Under the pieces are notes generated by a model that had not been told where the DNA came from, searched no databases, and worked only from the letters and a program-made list of their open reading frames with translations. A DNA stretch of 64,000 nucleotides from the human T2T-CHM13v2.0 reference genome, Homo sapiens, in the NCBI RefSeq assembly GCF_009914755.1, contig NC_060940.1. One strand, 5' to 3'. A program made the translations under genes and the position numbers. This document shows, piece by piece, positions 57,300 to 64,000 of the stretch; the first letter of the stretch is position 1; each line of letters opens with the position of its first letter.

Positions 57300-57962
57300 C
57301 CTGTTTCCTTTCCCTCTCCTCCTCCTTCTCCCTGTCCCTCTCCCCTTCCCTCCTCCTTCTCCCTGCAATCCTCCCTCCTTCTCCTCCTCCCTCCTCCTCC
57401 TCCTCCCTGTCCTTTCCAACCTCCCTCCCATCCTCTCTTCCACCCTCCTCCCCCTCATCATCATCCCCCCACCTCCTTGTTGCTCCTCCTCCCTGCCCCT
57501 CCTCACCTCCCTCCCATCCTCCCTTCCACCCTCCTCCTCCCTCCTCCTCCTTCTTCTTCCTTGTTGCTCCTCCTCCTGCCTGTCCCTCCCCATCTCCCTC
57601 CTATACTCCATTCCTCTGCCCTCATCCTTCCTCCTCATCCTTGTCCCTCCTCACCTCCCTCCCATCTTCCCTTCCTCCCTCCTCCTCCTCCTCCTGCCTC
57701 CTTCACCTCCTCCTAGTCCTTCCTCCTCCTGCTTGTCCCTCCCCACCTCTCTCCCTTCCTCCCTCCTCCTGCTTGTCCCGCCGCACCTTCCTCCCTTCCT
57801 CCCTCCTACTCCTGCCTCCTCCTCCTCCTTGTCCATCCTCCTCCTCCCTGTCCCTCCCCACCTCTCTCCCGTCCTCCCTTCCTCCCTCCTCCTTGTCCCT
57901 CCTCCTTCTCCTTGTCCCTCCCCACCTCCCTTCCATCCTCCTCTCTCTCCTGCCCCTTCTCC
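57300..57962. repeat. CT-rich low-complexity polypyrimidine tract
   Basis: ~660 bp almost entirely C/T with recurring CCTGTCCCTCCCCACCTC. Confidence 0.92.
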
Positions 57963-59312
57963 ACTTTGATCTGGAGCTGCTGCCCGGGCTGATGCTGAGG
58001 GTGACTCTTGGTGACCAGACACTGCAGATCAAGGCCAGCACAACTGAGCCCACAGTGCTGAGCGTGCATCCCCCACGTGCAGCCCCCACAACTGCAAGAG
58101 GTGAATGCTCTTCATTTTGCAAAGGAGGAGGATGAGACTCACGAGGTCAGGAAGTCTGGGACCAAGGTGTGACTTCAGATTCCAGAACTGGTGCTCATGG
58201 GGTTCAAGGGGAGGAGAAACGATTCCTGCTCTGGGGCAGTGTCTTTCAGAGCTGGCTTAGAGCCTCCATCCAACAATCTCCTGGGCCAGGTGAAGAGACT
58301 GGGTGTGGAGAGGCCTTGCTTGGGCTGCAGCAGCGAGTGGGGCTGTGTCACCCTCCTTACTCTGTCCGAATCCCCGCTCAGTGGTCTCTCCTCCTCCTTA
58401 GCCTCCTCGTTAGCCTCTCAGCCTTCTTCTCTGTGCTTGGTCTTCAGCTCTCTCCTGCTCTCTCCCAGTCTCCCAAGGTGATGATCAGAGCCTCCAGAGT
58501 GGATAAGCCTGTGGGCCCTGGAAGCTGACCTCTTCCAACTGCACCGACAGCACCCTTGATTCTGCCAATGGGGGTCCAGCAGGAAGTCGGGGGAGCGGAG
58601 GAGTGAGGCCAGGGGCTCTGTGGGGTCTCCCCAGACTGGCTGCTGCCCTGGCTGCTCTGGGACTGGGCGAGTTGCCAAGGCTTTCTGGCCAGAGGTGGGA
58701 ATCCTCCAGCTTCTCTCCCAGGCTGGCCCCGCCTCCACGACCCTCCTTTCAGGCCCCCACGGCCCCCACTAAGGCCTGGGGCACCAGCCCTCAGCCCTCA
58801 ATGCTTTGGACTACTTCCTGTCCTGTTCTGCAGGTGCACTCACCTCCGCAGCAGAACACACACTGAGGGCCGAAGCTCCTCCTCCTGCGGCACGGAGTCC
58901 CCACCTGTGTGCCGGTTTCCTGGAGACTCTGCCCTGCTACTTGGACCCAGAGGAAGGCAGATGTTTGGACCAGGAGCTCTCGACCTTGCACATTGCAGTC
59001 AGCGGGGGCTCCGCAGAGTCTGATGCCCAGGCTGTACCCCAGGGTTTCTGCCTCCAGTGGTCTGAGGCGGGGACAGCTGCTAGGCATTTAAATGCTACCC
59101 TGGAAACTCCAAGGTGCACCCAGGACAGAGAACCATGTGCTGAAAATGCTGAGTGTCAGTGCGGAGGTGGGATGTGCGAGGGCCATGATTTACCTCCACA
59201 GCCACAACATGCCAGTAGCATTTTTTCTATAAATGCAAATGTTTTAGATAGTAGTATTCAAATTATTTGAAACAGGACTATCTTTTTAAAAAATAGTATC
59301 CCTTTAAAAATC

Positions 59313-59551
59313 TTTTTTTTTTTTCTTTCTGTGGCAGGGCCTCACTCTGTTGCCCAGGCTGGAGTGCAGCCACACCATCTCGGCTCACTGCAGTCTCTAC
59401 CTCTTGGGCTCAAGTGATCTTCCCGCCTCAGCCTCCTAAGTAGTCACCACACTCAGCCAATTTTTAATTTTTTTTTTTCTGGAGATGAAGTCTCACTCTG
59501 TTGCCCAGGCCAAAGTGCTGAGATTACAGGAGTGAGCTACCGCACCTGGCC
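59313..59551 (-). mobile_element. AluJ with internal deletions
   Basis: Both arms present but shortened. Confidence 0.85.
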
Positions 59552-59911
59552 AAAAATCCAAACTAATATTTAATAATAACAGAATGGTTACTTCATACCA
59601 GGCACTGTTCTCAGCATTTTGCCTATTTTGGCATTTAAACTTTGCAGCAGTAGGCTGAGGTAAAAACTATAGTTGTCCCATTTTACATAGGGGAATAGAG
59701 GCAGGGAGAGGGCAGGTTGCCAGAGGCCAGGTCACTGGCTAGGACATGGCTGGACTTTGGCTGGGATTGGGGGGCAGGTGGGCTCCACACCTGTGCACAT
59801 AACCAGCCACACCCAGCCCTGCAGTGCCTTGTTACCATCGCCTAAGCAGTGTGATGCTTGACAGGATATGCTTGAGTACTGTTTTATGATCTCCAGTTCA
59901 CATAAAAATCA

Positions 59912-60358
<447 letters not shown>

Positions 60359-60899
60359 CTAGATCCGCCCCATAGGCACGGGGCCTGTCACCTTCCTGAG
60401 TGCCAGGGTCCAAGCAGCTGTAAGATGGAGATAATGACACAGACTTCAGAGGGATCCTGAGATGGGAGGTGAAATGCTAACCAAAGCACTGAACAGGCTG
60501 GTTTCCTAGCAGAGGCTGCAGTTCTCAGCTATTGGCGGCCAATGGGGGTAGTAAAGGGGATACCACTTTGTGAACCTTTTAACCTGGGCCTCTGTCAAGA
60601 TGGGAGGATCATTGACTGGTTAGTCTATAAATAGGGCCAAAGAGACCTAAGAGAATTTCATGGAATTGTAACCTTCTGTCCTCCAAATAATCTCAAAGGC
60701 AATAAACCTTGCTTGCAGATCAAGGGTTTTCAATGTTTTTATGACCCAGCTCCCCTCTAATGACTTTTCCGGCATTTCCCAAACATCACTGAGCCCCAAG
60801 CCCCCTGGTAGTGAGTCTCTGTGTGTCTGACAGCTACGCTGACCAAACCATAATCAGTTAGTGACCCCTCAAAGTAATGGTAGAAGGTTGCCTAATAAA

Positions 60900-62040
60900 A
60901 TAAAATTAGCTGTCTATAGAAACAGAATTTGATATACATCGAAATGTGGAAGGGGAAATGTTAAAACTCTAAAGGGGGAATATAGGAGAATATCTTCATG
61001 ACGTTGGAGCCAAGGCAGCTTTGTTAACATGAAAATATCATGATCTACAAAGGAATTTGATAAATTTGACTATATTAAATGAAAAGACACAATTCTCTTG
61101 TTCTTAACAAATACACCCTTAACAAAATAAGGTGGAAAGCCACAGACTGGAAGAAGATATTTTCAACATAAGCCACTGCCTCTGGCCTGGTGTTATGTCC
61201 CAGCAGCAGGTGTACAGATGCACGTCATGGTAGCAGCCTTCCCCATTTCCTCATCTATCAGCTGCCCTGTGGATTATATTGGATGACATCTGCAATGGGT
61301 TTAGAGAGCATTTAGTACATTATAGGCAGTAGGGGTTGTCAGTATTGTAATTATCCAAGTTCAAAATATATTTTTATACAAATCAATAATAAAAGACAAC
61401 CAAATGAAAGTATGCAGGACATGTCCAGGCAATTCCCAGAAGATAGAAACAAATAATACATTGCTGCAAAGGTGCGTATCCTCACCAATAGCCAGGGAAG
61501 TGATAATTTAAAAAACGGATGAGGTAACTTTTCAGGCTCATCATACTGAAACAACTCAGAAATGTGAGAACACTTCATAGGTACACCAAGTGACCTGTGT
61601 CTACTGCGGTGGAAATGTACCTCAGAGCACTCTCTCTCTACAGTAATTTGGCAATAGCTAGTAAAATTGATCCACTAAGTCAATTTTCTGGAGAATGCTT
61701 ACAAATGCATATGTTATCGGCATGGATGTGTATGTGACAGAATGTTCCCTGCAATAATGTAACAGTGAAACCTGCCATCAACCTAATAGTATGGAACAGG
61801 AGACTGGATGGGAGTGAACGCTGTTCTCAGAGATGGCAACACAGTAACAAAATAACACAGTTTATTTAATGGATTAGAACCTCAAGGTAGTTACAAAGTT
61901 TAATAGAATAAGGATGTGAAACCATAACAGAGGTCATTTAATAGAATACTTGATATTTATCTCCACAAACTCTGAAAAGATATTTTGGGGTAGAAAAAGT
62001 TTCAAAAGGAAATGTTTATATGATATTTTAGAAACGCTTT
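60900..62040 (+). mobile_element. Highly degraded L1M(E) fragments
   Basis: ATAGGAGAATATCTTCATGAC, GATAAATTTGACTATATTAAA, CACAGACTGGAAGAAGATATTT. Confidence 0.6.
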
Positions 62041-62043
62041 TTA

Positions 62044-62911
<868 letters not shown>

Positions 62912-64000
62912 TCATCCTGACTTGTTCTGTGCTCACATTTACAAAGAGTGTCTTTCCACATCTTCAGTCCAGCGCCCATTCTGCAGGATGTATTTATGGG
63001 TTTGACACGCTGGGAAACTGAGCTCCATGCTCGCCAAGGCTTTGTTCCCAAGCTGGAAGAGCAGGGAAGTGCTGGCGGACAAGGCGGGTGCGGGTGGCCA
63101 GGGTGGGCGGCCACCAACCTGGAAAGGGGCCGTGTTCTCCCAGAAATGGTCTCCAATGGAGCGTAAATGGCCAAATATTAGCCTGCCACATAACAGGGGT
63201 GAGAAAATGTCGGTCTGTTTCTTGTATTTGATGCAGAAAGACTATTTAAATCTATGAAATTTCGAAAAAAAAAAAAAAAAAAAAAGCCGTGTGTGTTGGC
63301 GGAGAGGGAAGGGGGTGGTGGATGTTCAAGGCGGACGCATGTGTTTGATGGGGAGACTTCTGTGCGTGGTCTTGTTGTGGTTGCTTGAATTCCTTCCAAA
63401 CGGGCCTTTCTTTCCTTTTTTCTCTATTTCCTCACCCTACAAAGGGCCCCCTTTTCATATTTTACATGTTGTGATTTCACTGAGCCCTTCCAGTTGGTCG
63501 TCAACAGTTCATTTGTGCCAGGGCCTTCTGTAAACTCTGCGCTCGGGTCTCCCGACCTGACCACCCACCGAAACAGGCTGTCTAAACAGCGTGTGTCTGG
63601 GCCTCAGACACAGTAAGCGAGTTCAAGATGGACCCTGTCCAAGGATTTTTTTTTTCTCCTCCAAGCAGAGGTGGGGGCTGGGTGGGAGAGCTGGGGGCAG
63701 ACCCTGGTAGCCCTGGGCCCCGCTTGGATGCGGCCCTTTGAAGTTGGAGAGAAATGGCCCCTGCCTTTTGTCGTTTTTCTCCACGGTTGTCCCTGAGCCT
63801 TAAAAGGGTTTCTCTTACCCTCTCTGACTTGATTCAGTGGCGTCAATCTCTGTGACCAGAGCAAACACGTTGATAGGAACTGGAGCTTCTTTCAGCCTCA
63901 TCCCAAATGTCTGTAGCCAGAGTTTGATCCCCCTCTGCCTCAACTCCCTATACTTGAGGCTAGAACCCCTGGGGTACAGCTCTCAAGGGGTCCTGAGTGG

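Noticed and set aside
56633-58135. Glu-, Arg- and Pro-rich ORFs
   Set aside because: Products of (CCT)n and CT-rich low-complexity DNA

Overview
Primate (most likely human; AluY copies present) non-coding genomic DNA, GC-rich and dense in interspersed repeats: about 20 Alus, plus MIR, L2, old L1M, MaLR/ERVL/ERV1 LTRs and MER/MADE1 DNA transposons. No convincing protein-coding exon, tRNA/rRNA or CRISPR array is visible; the long ORFs come from simple repeats or Alus. The main non-TE element is an old sense-strand retrocopy of the Pumilio-binding lncRNA NORAD (~48.3-51.2 kb). It keeps the repeat-unit architecture and two perfect Pumilio response elements, and is interrupted by three Alus in +/-/+ orientation. 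The window also has several local rearrangements: a ~445-bp inverted duplication (11.6/13.2 kb), an 80/81-nt dispersed duplication (24.7/26.1 kb), a two-donor mosaic patch at 54.1-54.3 kb and a snap-back insertion in an AluY linker. Other features are a 51-bp minisatellite that multiplies the CRE palindrome TGACGTCA and a 1.2-kb frame-preserving triplet repeat. Repeat family names and the NORAD call rest on recognition from memory, not database searches. Nothing here proves a new biological system; the NORAD retrocopy and the CRE minisatellite are the best leads.
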